NCBI GenBank assembly: GCA_051362555.1
Contig: CM120640.1
Coordinates: 66,194,788-66,258,787, forward strand
DNA length: 64,000 bases
Origin: Lingula anatina
Taxonomy: Eukaryota; Animalia; Brachiopoda
Direction of reading: 5' to 3'
Part shown: in pieces, positions 26,601-40,791 of the stretch
How the letters are laid out: every line of letters begins with the position of its first letter
Position numbering within the stretch: position 1 is the stretch's first letter
Program-made: the position numbers and the translations under genes
Notes under the pieces: model-generated
Told to the model about the DNA's origin: nothing
The model's input: the letters and a program-made list of their open reading frames with translations, nothing else
The model's database searches: none

Positions 26601-29600
26601 ATTATCAAAAAGTAGCTTTCAGCTTCTTTAAACCAAACAATTTCATTGTAGTTTCTGCAGTTTATCATGTTATACTAGTTTCATACTTGTTAATTTATTT
26701 ATTTCTTATTACAGACCTGCGGACTCCACAAGAACCAGTTGCAGTAATTGAACCTTATTCTGAAGTGGTATGTTTCTTGAATATGCATGCACACACACAC
26801 ACACAAATACACACACACGTACTTAGACTTACTTATTTAGTAAACACCAGCAAGGAAATTATTTCAAGTCTTTAAATAGTGATAAAACATAATATGTATG
26901 TCAGCGATCTTCACCCAGGAAAAAAGGTCATTTCCCCCCATACTTTCCTTTCAGACATGTGCCAGGTCAGAGTATGGGCGCTGGATAGGTTGTGTAGCTG
27001 TGGACCCCACAGATGATTGGTTGGTAAGATGGGTTTGATCTAGCATCATAAAGGTTATTGTAATTGATCCATCAGCTTGTTAAATATCAGGACCACAGAG
27101 ATAATGGAGTTATATGTGAAATATTAAAATTTTTGGTGAAAAATCTTAAGGTCTGCATTAATTAATCAAAAAGTTCTAAATCTTTTTATGGTCCATTTCT
27201 GTATCACCACTTACACAGATTTGTGACATACATTGAATGTATGTCATAAATATGTTTAACTGGTGATTCAAATGATTGATATATAAGTATGTAAACGTAA
27301 TTAAATTGAATTAACAAATAAATTGTATTTAGATATAATTGCACATTCCAGGTGTGTGGAGGGGGCCCCAAGTTGTCCCTGTGGCACCTGCGGACATTTG
27401 CAGTCACCACAGTATTTGACACACCGGGGGCTTGCCAGCAATATACAAGTTTTTTTGAGGACACTGTAAGTAGATCACACTATATTGGCCTCTCAGGAAA
27501 TGGTGTCTAATTTCTTAACCATCAAGCTTATTCTAAATAGTAGAAGTAGCTAATCATGGACAATTCGAATCATTAGTTATTTCTTAGAGTTAAGCAGATC
27601 ATACATGCACATGCATTACTAGTTGTTATGAGATGTCCAAATTATCAGTTGACCCAATTAATTTAGTCACATTTTGCCATCAGCTTTAAAAAATATACTG
27701 AATAATATACATAGAAATACTTTCCATCATTTTCTATGGCATTAGGTTGAAAGGGGGGGGGGGGGGGGCAAATATATCTCCTGAATAGAGGAATATAGCC
27801 CCATTCTCAAATAAATATGCTCTATGTAGGTATCATAATATGGGAGGCAAACAATTTCAGTACAAGCTGAAGAAAAAATACTGCTTTATTCTTAGTTCAT
27901 AAACCATCTGATGGAATTTTTATGTACAGACACAGATGTGTCTGTACATATAGCTGTCATCTGCGTCTGTTGTCGCCGTCGCCGTCATCGCCATCGCCGT
28001 GCACTTTTACCGATAACACGATAAGTGGAAAACTGTTTTTTCTTTTGGCTTGAAACTTACAGAACTGATGAATATTCATAATACGCAGGTCAAGTTCGAA
28101 AATCAGCATGATCGGGTCACTTATAGGGAATTAATGCTGTTTTTTCACTTCTTTCAACATATATGCAAAGCTAATAACACAATATAAGAAAAACAGATAG
28201 GCCAATTGTCATTATACTCACAGGAGTAGTCAAACTAACTATAACACAGGTTGAGATCGAAAATCAGCATAATCGGGCCATTATTTTAGAAGTTATGCTG
28301 TTTTTTCACATTTCCTCAGATTCAATTGTTAGGCATGTTAACAGTCTCATTATTGAACTAATAAGATACGTAAAAGTGTTTGTTTGACATTTCCTGCATC
28401 TTAATAACATTGTTAGTTGATTATGTAAAAATGATGGTAAACTTGTTATTGTGTATTACGTTATAAAGTGTCAAAAATGGAAATAAACAAATATCATTGC
28501 AGTTTGTCAGATTCAATCATCTACTATATTCATTGTCTCAGAATGGAGGAAATTGGACATTTAACACCGTTCTATTGATATTTTTCCCATCTCATCAATT
28601 TTCTTAGTTGATCATATACAAATGGTAGAAAACTGTTTATTTTGTTTTATGTTAAAAAAGTGTTTTAAAAATGGAAGTAAACCCATTGCAGAACAGTGCT
28701 GTCTTGTTTCAGCATATATGCAGCACCGATAACACGATAAGTGGAAAACCATTTTACCTTTTCCCTTGAAACTTATAAAACTGATGAATATTCATAATAC
28801 GCAGGTCAAGTTCGAAAATCAGCATGATCGGGTCATTTTTAGGGAAGTTATGCTGTTTTTCACTTTTTTCACCATAAATGCAATACTGATAACATGATAA
28901 GTGAAAAATCATTTTACCTTTTGGCTTGAAACTTGCAGAACTAATGAATATTCATATTACGCAGGTCAAGTTTGAAAATCAGCATGATCGGGTCATTTTT
29001 AGGGTAGTTATGCTGTTTTTTCACTTTTTTCAGCATATATGCAGCACCGATAACACGATAAGTGGAAAACGATTTTACCTTTTGGTTTCAAACTTACAGA
29101 ACTGATGAATATTCATAATACACAGGTCAAGTTTGAAAATCAGCACGATCGGGTCATTTTTAGGGAAGTAATGCTGTTTTTTCACTTTTTTCAGCATGTA
29201 TGCAACACCTTTGTGCTATATGATGGTACTGTATGGATGGCAGTCTATAGAATTGTCCCTTGGGTGATCACTAATTAAATGAAGGTCTATAAAGTCACTT
29301 GCCTACTCATTAATTTTCAATTGGCCATTAAATGATATTACATAAAACACTCCTTGAGATTTCCCTGTAAAGTCCCATAGGTTTAGCTCTCTTAACTGTG
29401 TCACAAAATTAGGATTTGGTGATAATTGTGCAGATAAATGGTGTTAAACATTGAAAATAAATTTACAACAAAAAGAATGTGTTATGCCAACATGCTATAG
29501 ATGAATAACAGTGCTTTATTTTTCTCAAACTTGGTGGGGTTATTAATATCAAGTTAATACAGCTAGATTAAAAGTTTGAATAGCAGCTTTATTGGAATTT

Positions 29601-30571
29601 TTTACATTTTATTTAAAATTTTTTAAAATTATTTTTCAAACACTAGCATCTTCAAGATGTGATTTTTTACTCCCATCCACCAGAAGTGCTGTGCATTTTC
29701 TGTATTTTTGTATATAATTGTTATTTCTTCAGATTTAATTCTTAGGCATGTTAACAGTCTCATTATGGAACTAATAAGATATGTAAAAGTGTTGTTTTGA
29801 CATTTTCTGCTTCTTAACAATATTGTTGATTATATAAAAATGAAGGTAAACCTGTTATAATATTGTGCATTGTGTAATAAAGTATCATAAATGGAAAGGA
29901 ACTCATCATTGCAGTTTGTCAGATTTAATCATTCACTATGTTCAGCATCTGCAAATGGAGCAAATTGGACATTGAAAATTGTTCTATTGATATTTTCCCT
30001 ATGTCAACAATTTTCCTAGTTGAACATTTAAAAATGACAGTTTATTGATCATTTTGTTTTAAAAAAGGTGTTGAAAATGGAAAGAAAATCATTTCAGTAC
30101 AGTTATCTCTTGTTTACATTTTGGCATTTTGAAAGTGTGACTCTGAACTTCCATGGCCTTGAAGACCTTCCCAAATCACATTTTCTGAATATTCATGATA
30201 CTTTTATTTTTTTATAAAAAATTTGATGGTCATTATGCTGTTAAGTATTCTGTTTTATTGCATGAAAGTTGAAGAAAACCCTATTTTGGACACTGCTGCC
30301 AGGATAGCGATTAAGGGAAAACCATGTTACTTACGTTACTGAAACTTACTGAAAAGTTTCATAAGACAGAAGTGCAGCTTGTGTTTGAAAACCAGTGTGA
30401 TTGTTTTCTGTTTTGGAGGCAATGCAGGTTTATAGAGTGCTATACTGGCATTTTCAAGTTGTGACTTATCACTCCCATCTGCCAGGAACCCTGTACTCTT
30501 ACTTTGTAACATTTTCTGTATTTTGCTAAGTTACAAGAATGATTCTTAGGATTGACATACAGCCCAAAAAA

Positions 30572-30620
<49 letters not shown>

Positions 30621-31642
30621 AATGATTTTAAGCAACTTTTTTTGTGTGTAATTTTCACTGTACCTCATTCTGGCATTTCCAAAGTTTAACTCTTATCAGC
30701 CTGACACCTTAGGGACTATTTCCAGACCCTATCACGCTAACTGTGGATCGATCTATCTCCATGGGAATTCTCGCTAAATTGCAATCAATGTAAGTGGCTT
30801 AGTTGTCTGTCACGCCTACTGAAACTGGCATGCCAGAATCCTAAGACTCTCAAACTGAAAGCAATTTAGTGAGAAACCCCTTGGAGTTGGATTGTTCCTG
30901 TTAGATTGATCTAGGTATGGGAACTTAGTCTAATGCTTGATACACATTTTACTTTCATCCTAATCCAATGTTATGCAGAATAAGAATTTGATGTTGGCTA
31001 TGCAGTTACAGTAAGCATAATACATTAGTTCATCAGAATTGACATTATCCTATTTCCTGCATTTTTATTTTCTGGTTTTTGTCTGTACATTTGACAGCTT
31101 TGCTGCCTTGTTTATTGACTAGCATTTCTCATTTGAATTGTTCAGATTATATCTGCTGGATCTGAGCCATATGTAAACCACTGGTACATCAATGGAGACA
31201 GGAGATCCAGGGTGCCTTGTACTCCCACCAGTGTCTGCAATGTAACCATCAATAGTGAGGCAGAGAATAACAAGGTACAGTTTGTCTTTGCATGTTGATT
31301 TAATAATTTGGGAGCATTATGAAAATACTGTAAATTGATGTAGACATCATGATGAAGATTTAAAAGTTGAATCTGTAAGCAGTGTGGTAGAATTTACCAT
31401 ACAGGATGTGTAACTGCCATGTTTATATGTATATTGTATTGCAAAATATTTAACCATGTAGATCTGTACATGCATGATCTGTATGAATGGTACTTATATG
31501 TTAAAAAGTATTTTTCCTCCATCATGTGTTGATGTTTTTTGTTTGTTTTTTTTCCTAGGTTCTCAGCGTGGTTGGTAGCAGTGCTAAAGTGGACTTGTGT
31601 ACAAACTTTGGATATAAAGCCTTATCATTAACAGTCTGCTAA
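2074..31642 (+). CDS. THOC6: THO complex subunit 6 (WD40 repeat, TREX mRNA export), 14 coding exons
   Basis: Exons: 2074-2106, 3237-3352, 3699-3763, 9635-9686, 9914-9965, 10436-10476, 10706-10754, 10964-11041, 26340-26442, 26715-26767, 26955-27023, 27352-27465, 31146-31274, 31559-31642. All introns are GT-AG with consistent phases. The translation includes [83 protein letters not shown] and [14 protein letters not shown], collinear with human THOC6 as recalled. Confidence 0.95.
5605..5643. repeat. (CT)n microsatellite
   Basis: Uninterrupted CT dinucleotide run. Confidence 0.95.
5748..7385 (-). CDS. Small secreted PAN/apple-domain protein (141 aa), nested antisense in THOC6 intron 3
   Basis: Exon 1 (7385-7298) reads [29 protein letters not shown], signal-peptide-like, and ends at donor GTAAGT in phase 1. 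Exon 2 (6085-5748) follows a pyrimidine tract + CAG, also phase 1, and the frames join. It contains [30 protein letters not shown], the C-x3-C-x5-C...C-x-L pattern of PAN/apple domains. Confidence 0.8.
6275..6837. mobile_element. MITE in the intron of the nested gene
   Basis: TIR AGAGAGTTTCCG / CGGAAACTCTCT flanked by AGT on both sides (alternatively TA TSD with an 11-bp TIR). CpG-rich interior contrasts with the flanks. Confidence 0.7.
8052..8309. repeat. Long near-perfect inverted repeat (foldback, arms about 120 bp)
   Basis: The inner arm TGCCCTGAATATCCCGCCGCGTAATTACTGGCAGCGCGAGCCAGTTACT is mirrored exactly. The outer arms are imperfect, and the centre has TACTATAAGT twice. Confidence 0.9.
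14284..17450 (+). pseudogene. LINE ORF1 (reconstructed 617 aa): RNase H1 N-terminal hybrid-binding (Cauli_VI-like) domain + coiled coil + SGNH/GDSL esterase; disrupted by an insertion
   Basis: Joining 14284-14970 to 16284-17450 (removing the insertion and one TGAGA) restores one frame. N-terminus [26 protein letters not shown]; SGNH blocks LSDS, GG, HTGTND and DNVHLN. Confidence 0.85.
14971..16278. mobile_element. Non-autonomous hAT-like DNA transposon with 5-bp TSD (hAT5-like)
   Basis: Perfect 14-bp TIR CAGTGTTTCCCCTG / CAGGGGAAACACTG. TSD TGAGA at 14966-14970 and 16279-16283. Subterminal motif ccggggggcatgcccccggaccccct. No transposase ORF. Confidence 0.85.
17788..21318 (+). CDS. LINE ORF2: AP endonuclease + reverse transcriptase + C-terminal zinc-binding motif (1176 aa from first ATG), intact
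   Basis: APE motifs SWNIHG, LVETW, GDFNAR, VDY and SDH. RT motifs [30 protein letters not shown] and LLYADD. C-terminal [14 protein letters not shown]...CHLC...[10 protein letters not shown]. No RNase H catalytic domain seen. Confidence 0.95.
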   Translation: MKKVHSDSIKVGSWNIHGVGCKLEDAELVRKISSFDILALVETWSDNDSKIEIPGFVSYSSCRKKSKRAKRNSGGIVAFVRKSVTAGVTKLESKCEDILILKLSKFYFGFRRDVILVTVYISPPNSVINENADPYDKLTAELTTVSANCDIIIQGDFNARTKVNSDFITDDSTDLTLISGAHYLSDAYNPPPPRNSMDSQKSNAFGGKLLELCKDCNLRILNGRKLGDLLGKYTCYQPAGNSVVDYVICSATLYSTIPYFHVNDLSIFSDHALLELKLYCKTTYNKHTKSIQLIPKPTKFIWENNSHIKFVEALGNMETKQKVDYFMSQALSPEEALPLVNEIFTTAAEKALKSRKYTSVHPRKNKKRATWYSNDLKSLRSHLKNLAKLRSKKPFDNSVNASYYQTFNRYKRGCKKAKKEYKKGLLQKLQSMENANPKCFWKAVKDLNMESTQTEFIEPSEFYEYFKSLCEETESSKHNFDKDFKLKIENKLRQSEINSPDRTALDHDISADEIMSNIKKLKNGKSTGEDKVTNEMIKSGKDYLIDVIVKLFNIIYKSAKYPSIWNKAYIVPIHKSGDESNVNNYRGISITSCLGKLYNSVLLNRIQAHASQQGVPLPHQTGFKHGHGTSDNIFIFKSIITKFMKGKKKLYTCFIDFSKAFDSVWRNGLLFKLSTLGIRGLMYKNIKSMYENSQACVKTSSGISPAFNTTLGVKQGDTLSPFLFNIFIDDLLRSIDGESAASPDINGIPIQGLLYADDLILMSKTPNGLRQSLEIVENFCNKWRLTVNVTKTKIVIFNSKSKAHSEKFFLYGKPIQEVNKYMYLGLLLNRSGSFTETKNNLLQRATKAFFSLSKSLPLQSNVNTSLKEKLFDTLISPILTYCSEIWGYSVSTDNCPTEKLHLKFCKQILGLHQNVSNYGVYTELGRLPLYTKIQFASVKLWCKIIQMSDATLMKQAYIQEINSYKLLTPYVPPAVHTLRPACMSWSEGIRNILFTFGLGDVWLSQSPPKNFTTIFKQRQTDHFTQICNSKLQANSKLSLFRILNQKCERATYVDKITNYDTLSTLAKLRLSDHKLHIETGRHTRPKTERCDRICHLCTQGVIEDEYHFIFQCPMYKTDRVTFFSKTSFLKADSRSPDSQLCHVFNSANKDTLVSLSNFIIKSFKKRSEVVALLGNS
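23321..23503 (+). mobile_element. Short Helentron-type non-autonomous element nested in HINE copy 1
   Basis: 5' TTACCTCTGCCAAGGAGGT; 3' sub-TIR CCTTGGCAGAGGT followed by hairpin GCACTCTCGGAGTGC and CTAGTTT. Confidence 0.75.
27917..31112 (+). mobile_element. HINE family A copy 2 (THOC6 intron 12)
   Basis: Same 5' sub-TIR/hairpin, GTC microsatellite, 161-bp units and 3' end (TGTCTGTACATTTGACAGCTTTGCTGCCTTG) as copy 1. Contains (TA)n at about 30577-30616. Confidence 0.8.
30712..30930. mobile_element. Probable Harbinger-type MITE inserted in HINE copy 2
   Basis: Extra sequence relative to the homologous module at about 22850. Flanked by TTA/TAA, with weak terminal inverted similarity. Confidence 0.4.
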
Positions 31643-31697
31643 CTCCTGCAGCCTCACAGGAGAAATGTGCATAGAACATCTCAGTAAGCTAGCCACC

Positions 31698-31918
31698 ACA
31701 GCCTGGATAACCAGGGGCAAACACTGCCTGGATAACCCACTGGCAGGACAGGCACAGCCAGGATAACCCGCAGGGGCAGGCACTGCCTGGATAACCCACT
31801 GGCAGGACAGGCACAGCCAGGATAACCCGCAGGGGCAGGCACTGCCTGGATAACCCACTGGCAGGACAGGCAGAGCCTGGATAACCTGCAGGGGCAGTCT
31901 TGTGCCTGGATAACCCAT
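31698..31918 (+). repeat. GC-rich dimeric minisatellite in the THOC6 3' UTR (59-bp higher-order unit)
   Basis: Eight GGATAACC cores separated by alternating spacers (about 28 and 31 bp period), starting about 55 nt after the stop codon. Confidence 0.85.
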
Positions 31919-32549
31919 GGTGATGTGAAGGCAGAGGCACAACTTTCACACTCATTGGATATCATTTATTGGATGTTCAAAAGCCTGTGAAAGTTATGGG
32001 ATGGCATTCCTCCTTTTTAAAACACTTATGTTTGTCATCCCTCTAAAAGGGCTGGAGTCAGTTCAAACACATCTCCTTGAGGCATTCTTCCTGGCCATGA
32101 AGTTGGGCAGCAGGAAGACACTAGACTACCTGGGACTATGGAGATCTTTACTAAGTTTACAGAGATTGTCAATTTGACACATGTAATAAGTTTTAAGCAA
32201 CATCATTTATAAATAATGCAAATTTTGAAGATAATGAATGTCAGTATTACTAATATAAGATACAAATGGGACACTGGCAATGTCAACAGTGAAGACATGG
32301 CCAGATAGTTATGCTGCCACTGAGGTCAAATAATTTAACTACAGAAATTAAGAAAAATATTATTTCTATGACACATCTTGAAAGAGATGTTGTGCTTTCA
32401 TCAGTGTTAATATGATCAGTTCAAATATCAAGTTGTGATACCCACAGCACCAGAGGAACACTGTGTACTGACCTGTTATGAAATAGTACAGGGACCTTGT
32501 GCATAATAATTTACTACATTACTATGTCTTTAAGTGGTATTATTAGATA

Positions 32550-32555
32550 AATAAA
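32550..32555 (+). terminator. Candidate THOC6 polyadenylation signal
   Basis: AATAAA followed about 25 nt later by a GT/T-rich tract (ttttcagtgttgtttact). Confidence 0.45.
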
Positions 32556-32763
32556 ATATCATTCTAGAAGTATTTTCAGTGTTGTTTACTTATCGTCGTA
32601 TCAACTTAGTGTTGCATGCACCTAATGGTGTGGTCACTGTTCTTGAAATAAGGTGATTAAATAAGATGATAATGCTGATTTGAACTGATGACACGTTTGG
32701 ATCACTGTACTGTGGTAAACAATTTAATAGCAAATAAATAATCAAGGCTCACAACACATGTTG

Positions 32764-35700
32764 TTTATTGTACCACCAGCGTAGGCGCTGGCGGTACACA
32801 TGGTTTTAGTCCCGACCCGTATGTTCCGCCGGCTCCTGCGGCTCCGCCGGCTCCTGCGGCTCCTGCGGCTCCGCCGCCAAGTCACCGTTACCGCTTCTCC
32901 TCCTAGACGGTAATGGCCTCCATACCCATCTCTTGGATTTAGGTCACCTATAATCTCAACTCGTTCCACGTAAAATTTGGGCTTTGTCGGTATTGGGGTC
33001 TAGGTGTGGCACTCATTGCAATGCACCCTTGTCCAAAAATGGCAAAATTAAATGCTAATTATCTCCCCTACGGAAGGAATTATGGGAAAAATTTCTACAG
33101 ACAGCTTTCCAAAAGTCATATGTGTAGATTTCAAATATGCCCTTGGATTTGACCTTTGACCTTTATTTCAAGGTCAAACGGGCCAAAATTTTCAAAAAAA
33201 CAAAATTTTTGCTGAAAAAAAAATTATTTGCGGTCTTATTCAGACACCACACAGACTTAACTAATAATATTAATGGAAAGTGTTACCCTTCAGGGCATCT
33301 TTCATCTCCGTGAATTTGGGGTCAATCGGTGCATTTTCACGGAATTAGCGGCCATAAGATATCGAAACTGAAAACTGTCTCTAAATCGGGAACCGTTAAT
33401 GCCAGACACCCATTCTTTTTTGCATTTTGTAGAGCATGTAAAGCCCAACACTGGAGGTGGTCTCCGTTTTTTTGTATTCCATACGGTTTTCGAGTTACGC
33501 TGTATCAAAAAGTACATATTGGTGGTGAAAGCAAAATGTGCAGTACGGTAATGGATAATAAATTTTGAACTCCGGAAAAATAAAACATAAGGCTTGGCAA
33601 AGCAGACAACTTGTGGTCAAAAATGACATTATTTCATCAAATTTGAACATCTGGAACTTCAGAGCACCTCCCATTTCAAGAATTTTGACCAAAATGACCT
33701 TTTCTTTATTTTAATTAATTTTTTCTGTAGGAAATTTATGGCACATTATGGTAACTCCAAAATTATAACATTTAGTCCCTTATATCTCCAAAACTGGCAG
33801 AGATAGGTCCATAGTTACTATTGAAGTTGAATAGGAAGACATATACTGGCAATCTAAATGTGACCTTAAAATTGACCTTTGACCTACTTTTCACCATGAA
33901 CTGAACTTTGCAAATTTTGCTTCCCTTTTATCTCCAAAACTGGCAGAGATAGGTCCATAGTCTCTATTGAAGTTGAATAGGAAGTCATATACTGGCAATC
34001 TACATGTGACCTTAAAGTTGACCTTTGACCTACTTTTCACCATGAACTGAACTTTGCAAAATTTGATTCCCTTTTATCTCCAAAACTGGCAGAGATAGGT
34101 CCATAGTCTCTATTGAAGTTGAATAGGAAGACATATACTGGCAATCTAAAAGTGACCTTAAAATTGACCTTTGACCTACTTTTCACCATGAACTGAACTT
34201 TGCATATTTTGCTTCCCCTTTATCTCCAAAACTGGCAGAGATAGGTCCATAGTTACTATTGAACGTGAATAGGAAGTCATATACTGGCAATCTAAGTGTG
34301 ACCTTGAAATTGACCTTTGACCTACTTATTATCATGAACTGAACTCTGCTAATTTCTTTCTCTTTTAACTCCAAACCTGGCAGAGATAGGCCCATAGTTA
34401 CTATTGAAGTTGAATAGGAAGTCATATACTGGCAATTTACTGTGACCTTGGAATTGACCTTTGACCTACCTTACGATGAACTTAACTTTGATTGTACCAT
34501 TTTTAGTAATATATATATTTTTTGCATATTTTGAAAATTCTTGTTGATTGCATTTTTATGTACAGACACAGATGTGTCTGTACATATAGCCATCATCTGC
34601 GTCTGTCGTCGCCGTCGTCGCTGTCGTCGCCGTCGTCGCCGTCGCTGTCGCCGTGCACTTTTACCGATAACACGATAAGTGGAAAACCATTTTACCTTTT
34701 GACTTGAAACTTGCAGAACTGATGAATATTCATAAAACGCAGGTCAAGTTCGAAAATCAGCATGATCGGGTCACTTTTAGGTAATTTATGCTGTTTTTTC
34801 ACTTTTTTCAGCATATATGCAGCACCGATAACACGATAAGTGGAAAACCATTTTACCTTTTGACTTGAAACTTACAGAACTGATGAATATTCATAATATG
34901 CAGGTCAAGTTCGAAAATCAGCATGATCGGGTCACTTTTAGGGAATTTATGCTGTTTTTTCACTTTTTTCAGCATATATGCAGCACCGATAACAGGATAA
35001 GTGGAAAACCATTTTACCTTTTGACTTGAAACTTACAGAACTGATGAATATTCATAATACGCAGGTCAAGTTCGAAAATCAGCATGATCGGGTCACTTTT
35101 AGGTAATTTATGCTGTTTTTTCACTTTTTTCAGCATATATGCAGCACCGATAACACCATAAGTGGAAAACCATTTTACCTTTTGACTTGAAACTTACAGA
35201 ACTGATGAATATTCATAATACGCAGGTCAAGTTTGAAAATCAGCATGATTGGGCTATTTTGAGGGAATTTATGCGGTTTTTTCACTATTTTCAATATAAA
35301 TGCAACACTGATAACACAATATAAGAAAAACGGATTGGCCAATTGTAATTATACTCACAGGAATGGTCAATCTTACTAAAACGCAGGTTGAGTTCGAAAA
35401 TCAGCATAATCGGGCCATTATTTTAGAAGTTATACTGTTTTTTTCACATTTCCTCAGATTCAATTCTTAAGCATGTTAACAGTCTCATTATTTAACTAAT
35501 AAGATGCCTAAAAGTGTTTGTTTGATATTTCCTGCATCTTTACAACATTGTTAGTTGATTATGTAAAAAACATGGTAAACTTGTTATCATGTATTGTGTA
35601 ATAAAGTGTCAAAAATAGAAATAAACTCATATCATTGCAGTTTGTCAGATTCAATCATCCACTATGTTCAGAATCTCAGAATGGAGGAAATTGGACATTT

Positions 35701-36132
35701 AACACTGTTCTATTGATACTTTTCCCATCTCATCAATTTTCTTAGTTGGTCATATAAAAATGGCAGTAAAATGTTTATTTTGTTTTATGTTAAAAAAGTG
35801 TTAAAAATGGAAATAAACCCATTTCAGAACAGTGCTGTCTTGTTTACATTTTGGCATTATCAAGGCGTGACTTTGAAGTTCCATGGGCCTGAAGACCTTT
35901 GCTAGTCACATTTTCTGAATATCTGTGATACAAATATTTTATAATTAAAAATTGATGGTCATTAAGCTGTTAAACATTATGTAATATTGCATCAAAATTT
36001 GAAGAAACCCCTATTTTGGGCACTGCTTCCATGATGACCATTTAAGGAAAATCATGTCACGTACTGTTCTCAAACTTACAGGAAAGAAACATGGGACTAA
36101 AATACAGCTTCAGTAGGCAATGCAGTCTGTTT

Positions 36133-36175
<43 letters not shown>

Positions 36176-36650
36176 GGCAGTTAAACAGTTTTTTGTGAAA
36201 ATTTAATTTTTCACATATTGGCATTTTCAAGGTGTGACTTTTAAAGTTCCATGATCTTGAAGACTTTTGCTTGTCACATTTTCTGAATGTCCATGTTACT
36301 AATATTTTATTAATAACATTTGATTGTCATTATGCTGTTAAACATTATTTAATGTTGTATCAAAATTTGAAGAAACCCCTATTTTGGGCACTGCTCCTAT
36401 GATGACCATTTAAGGGAAATCATGTCACTTACTGTTCTGAAACTTATAGGAAAGAAACATGGCACTTAAATACAGCTTCAATAGGCAATGCAGTCTGTTT
36501 GGTAAATTTTTCTGGCAATTTAACAGTTTTTTGTGAAAATTTAATTTTTCACTTATTTGCATCTTTATTTTCTGTTCTTTGTCTGTACATTTGACAGCTT
36601 TGCTGCCTTGTTACAGCTTGTCAAGCACAAGACTGGTGGCTGTGTTCCTT
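32764..36650 (+). mobile_element. HINE family B with 146-bp tandem array; interrupted by family A copy 3
   Basis: 5' hairpin TGTACCACCAGCG..CGCTGGCGGTACA, then a 9-mer microsatellite (CGGCTCCTG/CGGCTCCGC). Tandem units with GGCAGAGATAGG at 33796, 33942, 34088, 34234 and 34379. 3' end uncertain. Confidence 0.65.
34553..36612 (+). mobile_element. HINE family A copy 3
   Basis: Same termini as copies 1 and 2. Highly homogeneous 161-bp units start at 34663, 34824, 34985 and 35146. Confidence 0.8.
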
Positions 36651-36768
36651 ATTTTGTATATGTGGGGGTCTATACGAATGCTCTTGTTATTTACATGGAA
36701 ACAAGTTTAATAGTTACTTATGCAGCTGAGGAATCCACATACTGACACGTTCTAGTCGAGATGACTTG

Positions 36769-40652
<3,884 letters not shown>

Positions 40653-40791
40653 TTTAGGAAGACTACAACACCACTATTAGAACTTATAGGTTCCGATACC
40701 GATAACAGTTCTGTTGACAAAGCCATGGACTACAGTGGCAATACCCTGGAGGGGTTATCAAGAAAGGATAGAATTGAACAGGTGCGAGCTC

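Noticed and set aside
31698-31918. CRISPR-like repeat-spacer appearance
   Set aside because: The spacers alternate between two fixed sequences rather than being unique. The context is eukaryotic and no cas genes are present.
31628-31965. Three overlapping Cys/Pro-rich minus-strand ORFs resembling metallothionein or keratin-associated proteins
   Set aside because: They are translations of the 59-bp 3' UTR minisatellite, which is open in all frames because the unit lacks stops.
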